A DNA stretch of 64,000 bases from Cyanidioschyzon merolae. Its lineage: Eukaryota. Position numbers and translations under genes: made by a program. A model generated the notes under the pieces. That model did no database searches. It saw nothing but the letters and a program-made list of their open reading frames with translations, and had not been told where the DNA came from. Within the stretch, counting starts at the first letter, position 1. Each line of letters opens with the position of its first letter. The stretch is from assembly GCA_000091205.1 (NCBI GenBank), contig AP006495.2. The stretch is one strand, 5' to 3'. Of this stretch, positions 9,783 to 20,058 are shown piece by piece.

Positions 9783-10745
9783 AGCTTTCCTATTTTAGTT
9801 TTTTTGAAAAAGAATGCTCTTTGAACCCTTGTGTTACATACAGCGAAAAACACTTGACTAGACTTGTTTGAGGGCTGAAACAGAAACGAGCTGAAAGACT
9901 GTACTTGGCTACCACCTCAACGGATATCCGACTTTTTACAGCTGAACAACACGCTCCTGGTCAGCATCGCGTTTCCCTTCAACGGCGGCATGTGCATCGC
10001 GTCAGTTGACTGCCTGATCTCCGAGATGCGTTCATTAAGCGCAATGCGTCCACCGCACGAGACGCCACTCCGATCGATGAAGGACACGTGTCCGACACCC
10101 CGCATTGGCACATGCGTGTTCGCATCGCATTGCAGCCAAACTAAAGTATCGAAAATAGGAAACTCATGTAGAACGATCTCTTGCTATAGACTCTGTCGCT
10201 GGTGCCGAAGCTACTGCCCATCGCAGTACCGCCTTGACATACATGGAAATGTTGGGACCTGACGCGATACCTCGCGATGCTTCTATCAAAAGCATAGCGT
10301 TCTCTGCGGCTTACCGTTGTGTGGATGACGTATGCATCACTCTTCTCAAAAGGAATTTCGTTAGTTTTATTCATCGTAACCAAACTAGGTACGGTGGGAT
10401 TCCTGAACACGGACATACGTTTAATGCCGATGCTTGTCATGCATGCTGCACTGACGCTGGAATGAGGAACTGACCTGAATTATGCTTCTATCCTGCGTCA
10501 TAGGCTGGTACTGGTGACCGTTCAAGTCATTTCCATGCTATCGTCGTAGCCAACTTATGGTGCCCGCTACGTTCCCCGGATCCGGTGATCATGGTAGAGG
10601 CACACCACACATGTAGCGTCCATATCTGCCAAGACGTTCGAGCCTTGCATCTCGGCTGACACGATCGAGGAACCCGACAAAAGCACATACTGTATTCTGG
10701 TCTACTCCATAAGATTAGCTTCAAGAGCCTAACCCGTACATCGAC

Positions 10746-12140
10746 GACCGCACACGCACACAAAACGCCGTTCCAAGTCGAAAGACGGCAGTGTACAGTA
10801 GTGGCGGCGAACGCGCCCTAGACAAAACGTCTCCAACTGATGTGCAGATGCTTCCTAGTTTTTCTCGACCAGTCCCCTGCTATCGGTTTCAGTTTCTCCA
10901 CGTTCACTTGGGCCTGGAGAAGCTGTCCCACAAAGTTGGTTCGCTTCAGCTCTGCGGGTCCCTTCTTCTGCACCGCAAAGCCCCATATATCAATAGCAGC
11001 ATTGAGGTCTCGCTCCACGATCCCCAAGCCTTTATTGATGCTGCTTGGACCGACCAGTGCAAGTCGTCCTCGAACTCGTGCCCTCTGTGCCAATTCCTTC
11101 TTTATCAGGTCTCCGTGTTTTTCCATCGCCGAAACGCCCCGCTGGCTCTTCTTAAAGTCGACGTTCTGAAACGTACATCCCAGCTTACATTTCCCGTGAA
11201 TTTTTCATTTCCTCAGAATGAACGCACTTCTTCGCGCCTCTAGGCGACGACCTGCCCGGAGACAGACGGACCTGCGGATGGACGACGATATGTGCCCCGG
11301 TGCGTTACATTGCGGTGCACGCTTCAGCGATTCGCCATGTGCAGCGATCATCACGTTTCACGAAAGGAAACACTCCTTCGATGCGGCTCAACCATGGACT
11401 GTACGAAGCAATGGAAAGCAGCGCTACCCCGATAGAATCGGCAAAGCCCGGGCGCGACGGGAAATAGTGCATTGGCGTATTGTCCTATATAAAAGGATAC
11501 GGCCAGGCGTCAGGGGGTGTGTCTTGAATGACTCGACGAAGTGGCTGGTGCTCTTGTATGAGCCTTCTGCAACAGCGAAACGGAGACCTCGAAATGAGTC
11601 CGCTGCAGCTGGAATAGATGATGATTTCCGAACTCTCCTTGAGTTTGGTGTTAGATATGAAGGGCGCCCTGTATGCGGATGCCCATGTACGATCCGGCTG
11701 TTTCGCGCGAAGGAGGTCTCGCCGGCTGAGCAACCGAACAGAAGCCCCTACGCCGCATACCGGCGGAGACGTTCCAGGAACTCTGCCGTTGCGATTTATG
11801 CGGAAGACAGGCATGAATGAAACAGGACTCTTTTTTGCGACTGTGTCGCAATGTCTCCAGGGCCGCACGAACGAGATGTCGACAAACAAAGACGACCGTG
11901 GTGGCTGCTATCGTCGCTTTTGGTTTCCGCAGAGTGCCTGTTGGGGCGCTTTTCTACGATTGACCGAAAACTTGCTTTAAGAATATCTGTTTACGCCGCG
12001 GAGCGAATGCACACTATTCCAGCGTTTCTCAACCATGTGAGTTCTGTGGTATGAGTGACCTGAAGAAAGAATGCAGTACACCTTGCACTGTTCAGAAACG
12101 ATATATACCCTACAGGCAACTCATCTATAATCTATGCGGC
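10746..12140 (-). mobile_element. Family II internally deleted (non-autonomous) Fanzor derivative, copy 4: right end plus a RuvC-III-only fragment, fused to a roughly 1-kb noncoding left-end-side region
   Basis: Same unit structure as 30300-31877 and 36310-37660. The 1-kb region (11150-12140) begins with ttcatttcctca.aatgaacgcacttcttcg, which resembles the left-end region of family I. Confidence 0.6.
10818..11126 (-). pseudogene. TnpB-like C-terminal fragment (RuvC-III only)
   Basis: IVERDLNAAIDIWGFAVQKKGPAELKRTNFVGQLLQAQV; identical fragment at 36345-36602. Confidence 0.55.
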
Positions 12141-13625
12141 ACACAGCATAGTGATTTCGATATACCGCAATACATTCCAGCAAGGGCGAAACAAAGTTGA
12201 GATGAAAGACTACAAGCCAGGTGTACAAAATCTCAAGTTTTGGTCGCTTCCCACTGTCATCTGCAGAAGCCTTTGATGGCTTTTTATGCGTCTTCTTCGG
12301 TAATCACCGAGCCGAAGTCGGCTTTTAACTTTTCTGGTCTTTACTTTGCCTCCAGATTCGATATAGGCCAGCGAGGATTGTTGACGACGGCGTTCAAGAA
12401 CCTATTTTGGCGCCTCTCGCTGTTGCCAAGGCATACCATTCCATGACGGAGGTTGCCATCCAGCCTTCCCTTGCCATATTCGTCTTCTCTGCATGCAGGC
12501 TAGCTTATTCCTTGATAATGATACCACTTGGCTGTGGTAAGTGGTCCCATAAATTCACTACACCTCCTCTGCCTTCTGAGTACGACCCTGCGTCGCGTGA
12601 ACGCTTGTTCCGTCGCTCATTGCACGCCCATGACAGGTACTAATGGCTTTCCCCGATATCGTCCTCCGTCTCTGCGCCCGATACAGTACTGTGCAATCAG
12701 GGGCTACTTCTCGAGGATCTCCTCGGCGATTACTCTGTGAACTGACCGCGCAAGCGCACTGTCCCGTCCGATTTAGCATTTTGTAGAACGCGATGCTGCC
12801 CCTAACGAAAAACATACCATACACGAATCCGGTCTAGAGAACAAGTCGATTATTTTCATTCCGTCTACGCTTCCTTTGCGCAAAGTGATGACGGAATTTG
12901 TACATGAAGCGATTGCTGTGATGATTCTGGCCAGAAACTAGGACGTTTTCAATGCGGACAAAGGAGCCTGGAGATTCTGGTAACATATGCCATGAAAGGA
13001 ATCATGCTGGAGCCGAATACCATGTCGTCGACATTGACGGAGAAAGGGGGGTTTTATTTCGAACTAGATCGATTGTTAGACGTGAGAAAGTCATTGAGCT
13101 TTTGGATTAAGCGTATGTAGAAATCGTCAATGGACGACGTCAAATTTCTTTCTCTGTGAATCCAGCGGCGTGCATTGCTGTGCCCAAGCATTGCCTTGAA
13201 ACGGAAAGATGGAAAAATTGAAGTACGCAGGATTTGAACATGTTACATGGAAGGACGGGAGAAGACTGAAGGCCTGTCCGAATGGAATGGATTGTGATAA
13301 CGGGTATTTTTGAGCATTTGCTCAAAGGCGTCGCGAATAATTTTGTTTCAGATGAAGTGACGAATCCCGGCATCGAAGAGTCGACGGAATCTCTCTGCAA
13401 ACTCTAAGAAGACTCCTAAAACTAAGTATGAGCCTGTAAGCTTTTGTTGCTGGGCGTCGAATGCCGACGCGGCACAGAAATTCGGAATAAAAATCGAAAG
13501 GCAGGAGCGCAGCGAACAGTACAATGCTCCATTCGAACTGAATACGTTTTGGACAACAGATCCGGTGTTGTTCAGTGGCCACGGTTTGTATTTTTTGTGT
13601 GTCGATCCCTCGCCGGCGTAGCAAA

Positions 13626-14900
13626 ATGCTGAAACGTTCATCGAAGGTGGATCTACCATGCTTCCTGATTCGTTGGCCCGAAGCTAGTTTACGTTTAAGC
13701 TGCAGAAAGATCGCTACTTTTTCGACTCCGACGAAACGCAGCCACACGAGTGGTGTCGAACTGCGTGCTTTGCAGAGGACACGAGCAAGCTGCCTGGATC
13801 GAAGGCCCATTACGCTCAATGGACTTCAACTGGCGGAGGATGGATCTGCGCATCCAGTTAGGAACGAGCTATTTTACCACCTCGTCGAAGGAAGACGTCG
13901 TGTACGAGCGGACGCTAAACAGCCCAGGTTCCAAGTTAGCCCAAGCTACGAGTACGGCGCAGTGGCACCCGGCGGCGGTTCGGGCGATGGGACACGTTCG
14001 AGGAAGTACGGTGGTGATAATGACGATAATGAAGAGGACAGGGCCCTCGACCCTGAAATTGAAGCTTTGCTAAGGAGAGAGGAACGCGGAGTTTCTTCCC
14101 TTCCTGAGGAGTTCCAGCGCAAAGTCGGTGAGGGCAGTCTCGCTGTGAAGGATCTGAAACGCCTCCTCATTATCGAGAAAATCCCTCTAATCGGTGCGCT
14201 GGCCAGTAGGTGGCCTGGTCTTCGAAGTCGTCTTGTTGCAAATCCTCGTTTTATGTCGGTCATGGCGGTGGAGCTAGTCATCGGCTTCTTTTCCAAAAGT
14301 GCAGCGGAGGTTAAACAGCGGGGCCGGAATTTTTGGTCCGAGTTTGACTTCTACCTATCGGATATCATGCTTGAACTTGTAGGTGACTTTTCCCTTGTCT
14401 GGTTGCTCTCACCAACGATGAATGCATATCGAATGCCCGCGACAAACTCTGCTTTCACTTCGTTGCTTGGGCATCTAGAGCGGCTACCCAAGTTTGCTCT
14501 GCAACCGGGCATGCAGTATACCCTTGGTCAACGTTCGGCTTGTTTGCTTCTCAAAGGATTGCAGTTTGGTGCTGTAGGATTCTGTGCGTCCGTTGTTGGT
14601 CACTCACTTACGAAACTGCTCGTGTACTCGCGAAGGTGTCTCGGTCCTCAATCAGCATCGAGCTCGGTGAAGCTTGCCCCTGTCTTGGCCAATTCGATAT
14701 CTTGGGGGGCTTTTATGGGACTCTCGAGCAACCTCAGATACCAGGCCGTGAGCGCTGTGGAGGCTCGTATGCTGGAGCCGCTTTTAGCTGGCGCTCCTGC
14801 GATTGTCTTCACGACGATATCGTTTTTGCTGCGATTCGCGAATACATATATAGGCGGTGTTCACTGGATTCAATGGGCCCGGTGGACAGGCGTTCAGTAG
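13626..14900 (+). CDS. RETICULATA-related (DUF3411) chloroplast-envelope-type protein; the track ORF starts with GTG at 13575, and the first ATG is at 13626
   Basis: Conserved RER-family block LKRLLIIEKIPLIG...ANPRFMSVMAVELVIGFFSKSAAEVKQRGRNFWSEFDFYLSDIMLELVGDFSLVWLLSP, followed by hydrophobic segments. Confidence 0.5.
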   Translation: MLKRSSKVDLPCFLIRWPEASLRLSCRKIATFSTPTKRSHTSGVELRALQRTRASCLDRRPITLNGLQLAEDGSAHPVRNELFYHLVEGRRRVRADAKQPRFQVSPSYEYGAVAPGGGSGDGTRSRKYGGDNDDNEEDRALDPEIEALLRREERGVSSLPEEFQRKVGEGSLAVKDLKRLLIIEKIPLIGALASRWPGLRSRLVANPRFMSVMAVELVIGFFSKSAAEVKQRGRNFWSEFDFYLSDIMLELVGDFSLVWLLSPTMNAYRMPATNSAFTSLLGHLERLPKFALQPGMQYTLGQRSACLLLKGLQFGAVGFCASVVGHSLTKLLVYSRRCLGPQSASSSVKLAPVLANSISWGAFMGLSSNLRYQAVSAVEARMLEPLLAGAPAIVFTTISFLLRFANTYIGGVHWIQWARWTGVQ

Positions 14901-16239
14901 TCTCCTCGGCTTTACAGACTGCCTGGAATATCCTAGAGGACACAACGCATGTTATATCCTTTTCCTAGCAGAGACTGCATAATCCAGATCGCACATAGTT
15001 CCTCCGATTGCGACATGCATCAGTTCCTGCTTGAAAATCTGCACCGATTTTTCTGGGAAAGTTTATGCGGAAAACCGTTGCCGCCCGCTTCTACCAAAAT
15101 GCACCAATACGTAGCGCGTGTTACACCGGGTTCGTATTATGTGGAAAGTGTTTCCAGAAATGGAGATGAGTCAAGGCGAGCGATGAACCGAGGACGTGTT
15201 CGTGCATTTGGCGCTGCCGTTTCTTCTGGTATGGAGGCAGCCGAGTTCGTCTCGCAAACAGATCTGGCGGATGGAAACAGAAACCCAAGGAAGTTTCTCT
15301 TGAGACACGACCTCGTTACGATCTGCTTTCAGGAGAATGCTTTCGCGGACAACGTCAGTTTCTTATTAGTTTCTGATCCAGTGCTGCGAACTCTCAGAGG
15401 AGGCGGATAACGGCTACGGGTGTTTTCATTCCGAGAAGTTGCGCACCATTGCGTTTGCACGTGCTCTCTGCTAAGCCAATTCCTTACGAAGCACGTTCTT
15501 TTGGACGTGAATCTTCCCACGGATTTCGTGAGCACGATCGAGCTTGATCACGTAGTTGTTTGCGGACTCCACTATCGCTCTTCATGAGATCTACTGGAAA
15601 AGCCTAAGAAATGCCATTGGGACGCAACGGGTAAAATGCCAGGTGCGAGCAGGTCTGCGAGCGAAACGCTTATAATTGAAGACGAGGGTGGAAGCGTTCA
15701 CGCTCAAACTGGCGAACATGCAGTTCCTACTGGCTAGCACTTGAAGTGCGGAAGGAGCTCAGCTGCACGCTTCCCGACCACGTGGTGCTTGACGGCATGG
15801 AACGAGAGCGACTCATCGAACTTGCGTTTAGCTTTCAGCCTGACCAGAGGTTTCGGTCGGACCCGAACTTCTCTTTCTGAAACCAATGCCGCAATTGGTT
15901 GCCTGACGGAAGAATGTTGAATTTGCCCTTCAGAGGGAATCAACAAAGGGTCTGCTGTGTAGACCTCTGTAGAGGCATCTTCTCTAGTTTTTGACAGTTT
16001 TACGGCGGCAAGGTACACCTTCTGACAGGGCGAATGCATCATATGGCATGGCGAGGGACTCCGCTCACCATTGATCAACTTGCACGCAACTATCGAGATG
16101 GCTCGCCCTGACCATATTTTATCTGAGCACGCCAGGGAGCCCGATGGATAGACTCAATTAGGAACACGATGTTTCACACCCATTTCAGAATAAACTGTAA
16201 GAGGTCGCCTGTTGAGCAAGTGCACGCTGACTTTTGATT

Positions 16240-17575
16240 CCCTTCATATTGTCATCAACGCCAACCTTTGCGGGATATTTATGCAGCTGCTTCCTTTTGC
16301 TCTCCCACCTCCGAGTTTAGATGCGCCCGTCTCTCATGTCGCTCCAGCTGCGCTCTCGGCAGTCGAAGGATATGGACGTCCCCGTACAAGTCAAGATTTC
16401 GTCGCTTCTGCCCGTTGTCCACGCCTTTCCTGCACAGACTGTAGTTCCGATGAACGCTTCGCTTGCCATTCTCATCTTCTGTACGTACAGTCTCGGCGCG
16501 TCATTCGAAACAGATGCACTCCGCTGTCGACATGCGTTCTAACATATCATCCACGTCGCCATGGCCGGCGGCCGCCATGCGGACCATGAACGCTGACTTG
16601 AACGCGCGCTACATGCCCTTTACGAGTGTAAGAGGTTTCCGTAGATGCCGTTCTCAGTCTCCGCGCTCGATGCCGCACCCGACGATCACGGGCTTCTTCG
16701 GCGCGATGCCTCGTTGCGTACGCTGTCCACTGCAAAAGCGAGCGCAAGCGAGCGCAAGCAAGCGCAAGCAAGCGCAAGCAAGCGCAAGCTGTTCCATGGG
16801 ATGTCGGACTCTGGGCACGCGATGCTGTCCGTGGTGAACCAAGCAACGGAAGGAGAATCCAGACGGGAGATCAAACCGTAAAATTCCGACCCGTCTGCGC
16901 TCTCTTCATGCAAAGCTGTGACTCCCTCTACGGGTTGCTATCGTGGCGATGGCTCAGGGCCGAGCCCAGACCCTTCTCCCTCGAAAACAGAAGCGATAGA
17001 AGGCTTCGGGAGCGTACGACGCCAGAAGTGTCATGCTGCTGAGGAATGCCGCGTGGTCGTTGGCAACAAAGAGAGGTACGTTTGTGGTTCGAATAGAATC
17101 GATGACTCGACGTGACATGGTTAGTGAACTTTCGCCGTGAGCTTGTGAAGGACTTGGCGGGAGGCGAAGTCGACTTTTTGCCGTCGTCAAACGACTAGAG
17201 CGAATCACAGCGCCACGAGTTGCTTCGCGACTGATAGATCGAAAATTGGAAGAACGCGTGCTTTGAGCACGCTACGAGTACGGAGCTGAGAAGGGTTGAG
17301 GCTTCTGATTGTGGGATGAAGTATGGTACAGCTTATTTTGCTAAGCTTTTCTCGAGGGCGTCGCGAATGCTTTTTACGAGAGTGGAAGAATGAATGCCCT
17401 TCTGCGAGAGTCAGAAGAGCGACCAGGAAGATACAACCGAGAATCCTAGAACTACGCATGGATCCTAGGAAGACCAGTACTGCTACATGTCGAATGTGCA
17501 GTCTATACATTTGCAAAAGTTCGGAAAACAATGAGAAATCCAGGAATAGAGGACATGGATCAGAATACCCTTTTA
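16240..17575. repeat. 1.35-kb segment B, present again in inverted orientation at 31907-33232
   Basis: Near-identical ORF translations on opposite strands: 16212-16589 (+) matches 32882-33418 (-); 16463-16837 (+) matches 32610-33008 (-); 17205-17594 (-) matches 31961-32296 (+); 17323-17640 (+) matches 31825-32169 (-). Confidence 0.7.
16736..16789. repeat. 10-bp minisatellite (agcgcaagcr) x5 inside segment B
   Basis: aagcgagcgcaagcgagcgcaagcaagcgcaagcaagcgcaagcaagcgcaagc; the inverted copy at 32701-32733 has only about 3 units. Confidence 0.8.
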
Positions 17576-19066
17576 CTGGACACATGTATGGCATCTCCGC
17601 GGCTCATGCGCCATACGGTCGCTTTGCAGAACGCATCTGAATCGACATCGCGGCGACGATTTTGCTGCACAGCTTATCGTGCGGTGCACCAGCTCCGTCT
17701 GCCGCTGACGGTCGCGTTGACGTGTTTGCAGGCTGGTGCCGGTGCTTGTGACTGTACCTGTGCAGGCGTGGACTGCACTCGTTTCTACAAGGGTTGTGGT
17801 GCTTTTATCCGATATCGCGAAAGATACTCTGAGAGCGTTGCTATTGTTTTCGTATTAGGATTTCGTCCGAGTTGCAGCCAGAGAAATGGCGCTCTGAACA
17901 ACGAGGCCGGCGAGCGTTTTATGTTTCTCCAAAGGCCGTCTTCGAAAGTTTTATTCACGTGCTCTACCGCTGCAGTCGCAGATGGACGCAGCAGGCTGTC
18001 CGCCAAGCGGACCAACCGAGCCACCTGTTGTTCGAAGCGAGGGAACACTGCAGTGTGGTGCCTGCAGTCTGCAGAGCCCCCAGCGTTGGCGCCCTCTGGA
18101 GGAGTCTTCTTTGCACCGGCGAAACTGAAACTTTTTGCCGGCAGTTCGAATAAAGAGTTAGCTTTTGGCGTGGCGCGATATCTTGGCAAAGAGGGGCCTG
18201 ATGAGCTAATTTGTAAAAATTTCGCCGACGGGGAAAAATACGTGCGCCTCGTCCAAAGCGTGCGGGGTTGCAACGTCTTCATCCTGCAGTCGACGTGCCA
18301 GCCGGTCAATGAGAACCTCATCGAGCTCTTGCTTATGATAGATGCGTGTCGTCGAGCCCATGCGTTTCAAATCATTGCGGTCATCCCGTATTCCGCGTAT
18401 GCTCGAGCTGATCGGATCTTTGATCTGGATTCGAAGCGCCGGGAGGCACTCACATCCAAACTTGTAGCGAATTTGATCTGTGAAAGCGGCGCGGACCGTG
18501 TGATTCTCGTAGACATTCATTCGCCGCAATCATGCGGCTTTTTTGACATTCCCGTGGAACACATTTATGCGTCACCTGTTTTGGTTGACTATGTACAAAC
18601 ATGCCTCGAAAATCTTGGAAATATCATCATTGTTTCACCAGACATAGGTGGAGTTGCCCGCGCCAGAGCATACGCAAAAGCACTTGGCGATGCTCCTTTG
18701 GCGATCGTGGATAAACGTCGCGACAGCAGAACAAAGCATGAAGTCATGAATCTTGTTGGCGATGTCGCGGGTAAGGTAGCAATTGTGGTGGATGACATGA
18801 TCGATACTGCTGCAACCGTCTACTCTGCGGGACAGCTTTTGAGGTCGAGTGGTGCTGCCAAGGTCTTGACGCTCGCCACACATGCCGTGTTCAGCGAGGT
18901 GGCGCTCAAACGCGTGTCTTCAGGCCTTTTCGAAGAGGTGATAGTCACAGATACTGTACCGGTGCCGCCAGAGAAACAGTTTCCACAGCTCCGCGTTGTT
19001 AGCTGTGCGAACCTGATTGGAGAGGCAATATGGAGGGTGCACGAGGAGACTGCGCATGCCCTGTGA
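17531..19066 (+). CDS. PRS: Ribose-phosphate pyrophosphokinase (PRPP synthetase) with an N-terminal extension of roughly 190 aa that is probably an organellar targeting peptide; the true ATG is uncertain
   Basis: KLKLFAGSSNKELAFGVARYLG...FADGEKYVRLVQSVRGCNVFILQSTCQPVNENLIELLLMIDACRRA...IAVIPYSAYARADR and the PRPP-binding loop VVDDMIDTAATV. The first 15 codons overlap repeat segment B. Confidence 0.85.
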   Translation: MRNPGIEDMDQNTLLLDTCMASPRLMRHTVALQNASESTSRRRFCCTAYRAVHQLRLPLTVALTCLQAGAGACDCTCAGVDCTRFYKGCGAFIRYRERYSESVAIVFVLGFRPSCSQRNGALNNEAGERFMFLQRPSSKVLFTCSTAAVADGRSRLSAKRTNRATCCSKRGNTAVWCLQSAEPPALAPSGGVFFAPAKLKLFAGSSNKELAFGVARYLGKEGPDELICKNFADGEKYVRLVQSVRGCNVFILQSTCQPVNENLIELLLMIDACRRAHAFQIIAVIPYSAYARADRIFDLDSKRREALTSKLVANLICESGADRVILVDIHSPQSCGFFDIPVEHIYASPVLVDYVQTCLENLGNIIIVSPDIGGVARARAYAKALGDAPLAIVDKRRDSRTKHEVMNLVGDVAGKVAIVVDDMIDTAATVYSAGQLLRSSGAAKVLTLATHAVFSEVALKRVSSGLFEEVIVTDTVPVPPEKQFPQLRVVSCANLIGEAIWRVHEETAHAL

Positions 19067-19373
19067 GCATCTCTGGTTGTTGTGCCCAGAGGAAAATTTT
19101 TCTCCCGAGATGGCCTGGTTTGGCTGAACCTCCCTCGCGGCTACCAGGATCTGTCCAGCAGGACCGTCTCTGCAAATGCTGATGCACGCCAATTAGTTCT
19201 GGAGCAGTTCGTAAATTTCGTTCCAAGACAGAGGTTGAACCGACTTACATCTTCGCTTTAGGCCAAAGAAGGATCCATAACCACATCACTACAACCATTC
19301 CCATCATCCACACGTCTCGTCCGAAGGAATCATGCCTGGGGCACCCAGCCCTTGGTAGGCGAAGAGCTAGATA

Positions 19374-19973
19374 CTAGGTAGCTTTTCCGTAGACACCCAG
19401 AATTTGTTTCAGCTCTCCACTGCGGTACATACTCTCCATAATATCGCTCCCTCCAATGAATTCGCCATCGACAAATAATTGCGGTATGGTGGGCCATTGG
19501 CTGTACTTTTTGATCGCCTCCCGTAGAAGCGGGTCCGCTAGCACATTATACGACTGGAACGGAACCCCCATGGCTTTCAGGATGCTCACAGCTTTGTAGC
19601 TGAAGCCACAGAGTGGGGCCTCGGGTTCCCCCTTCATATATAAAACAACTTTGCTCGACATGACGTCCCGCTCGATGCGCTCCATGACGTCCGCCCAGTC
19701 AGCGTCTGACGGCTGTTGCTTCCGCTGCGGTTGAAAGTCCGGGTGTGAGTTCCCTGAAGGGGTCTGCGAGGAAATAGCGCTATAAAGACGAAGGCCTCTC
19801 GCCCGGGGCGAAAAAGTTCCGTGATGATGCACAATGTGCTGCTGGCGACTGCAAGCAGCTGAAAAATTGCGGAAACGACCCCAAGCTGTTTCCAACTGCC
19901 CAGCACCCCGGTGCAGCTGCACGAAACCCATCAATAGCTTGGTCCCAGATACACCAAAACTCTTTGTCGCCAT
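19374..19973 (-). CDS. GRX: Monothiol glutaredoxin (CGFS type, Grx5-like) with an N-terminal targeting extension
   Basis: VVLYMKGEPEAPLCGFSYKAVSILKAMGVPFQSYNVLADPLLREAIKKYSQWPTIPQLFVDGEFIGGSDI. ATG at 19973-19971; the track ORF adds one GTG codon. Confidence 0.8.
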   Translation of the reverse strand: MATKSFGVSGTKLLMGFVQLHRGAGQLETAWGRFRNFSAACSRQQHIVHHHGTFSPRARGLRLYSAISSQTPSGNSHPDFQPQRKQQPSDADWADVMERIERDVMSSKVVLYMKGEPEAPLCGFSYKAVSILKAMGVPFQSYNVLADPLLREAIKKYSQWPTIPQLFVDGEFIGGSDIMESMYRSGELKQILGVYGKAT

Positions 19974-20058
19974 CACACCGCAAAACGCCTTTCAAAAGAC
20001 AAAAGCTGTCGCCGGCAGTGCACAGCAGTGGCGAGTGACCCGCCCTGGACAAGACCTC

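Larger units (their letters stand above)
7280..10090 (-). mobile_element. Fanzor/TnpB-like element, copy 1 (family I): ORF-A plus a TnpB-like nuclease, with conserved left-end and right-end regions
   Basis: Collinear with copy 2 (19974-22618) and copy 3 (52530-54740). The low-coordinate end shares the caccgc..aaacgcc.ttc.aaag..gtgtacag.agtggcg.gtgacccgccctagacaa motif with six other sites. The high-coordinate end (9783-10090) aligns with 22300-22618. Confidence 0.7.

Noticed and set aside
11218-11980. ORFs inside the 1-kb family-II region (for example 11218-11820, 11485-11889 and 11618-11980) as element-encoded proteins
   Set aside because: They overlap one another on both strands and carry no motifs. 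The region is best read as a non-coding left-end-side sequence of the deletion derivative.
16212-16913. Multiple 60-180-aa ORFs inside segment B / B-prime as conserved genes
   Set aside because: They are conserved only because the DNA segment is duplicated. The frames overlap on both strands, composition is Arg/Ala/Ser-rich and GC-driven, and the frame breaks between B and B-prime by an indel.
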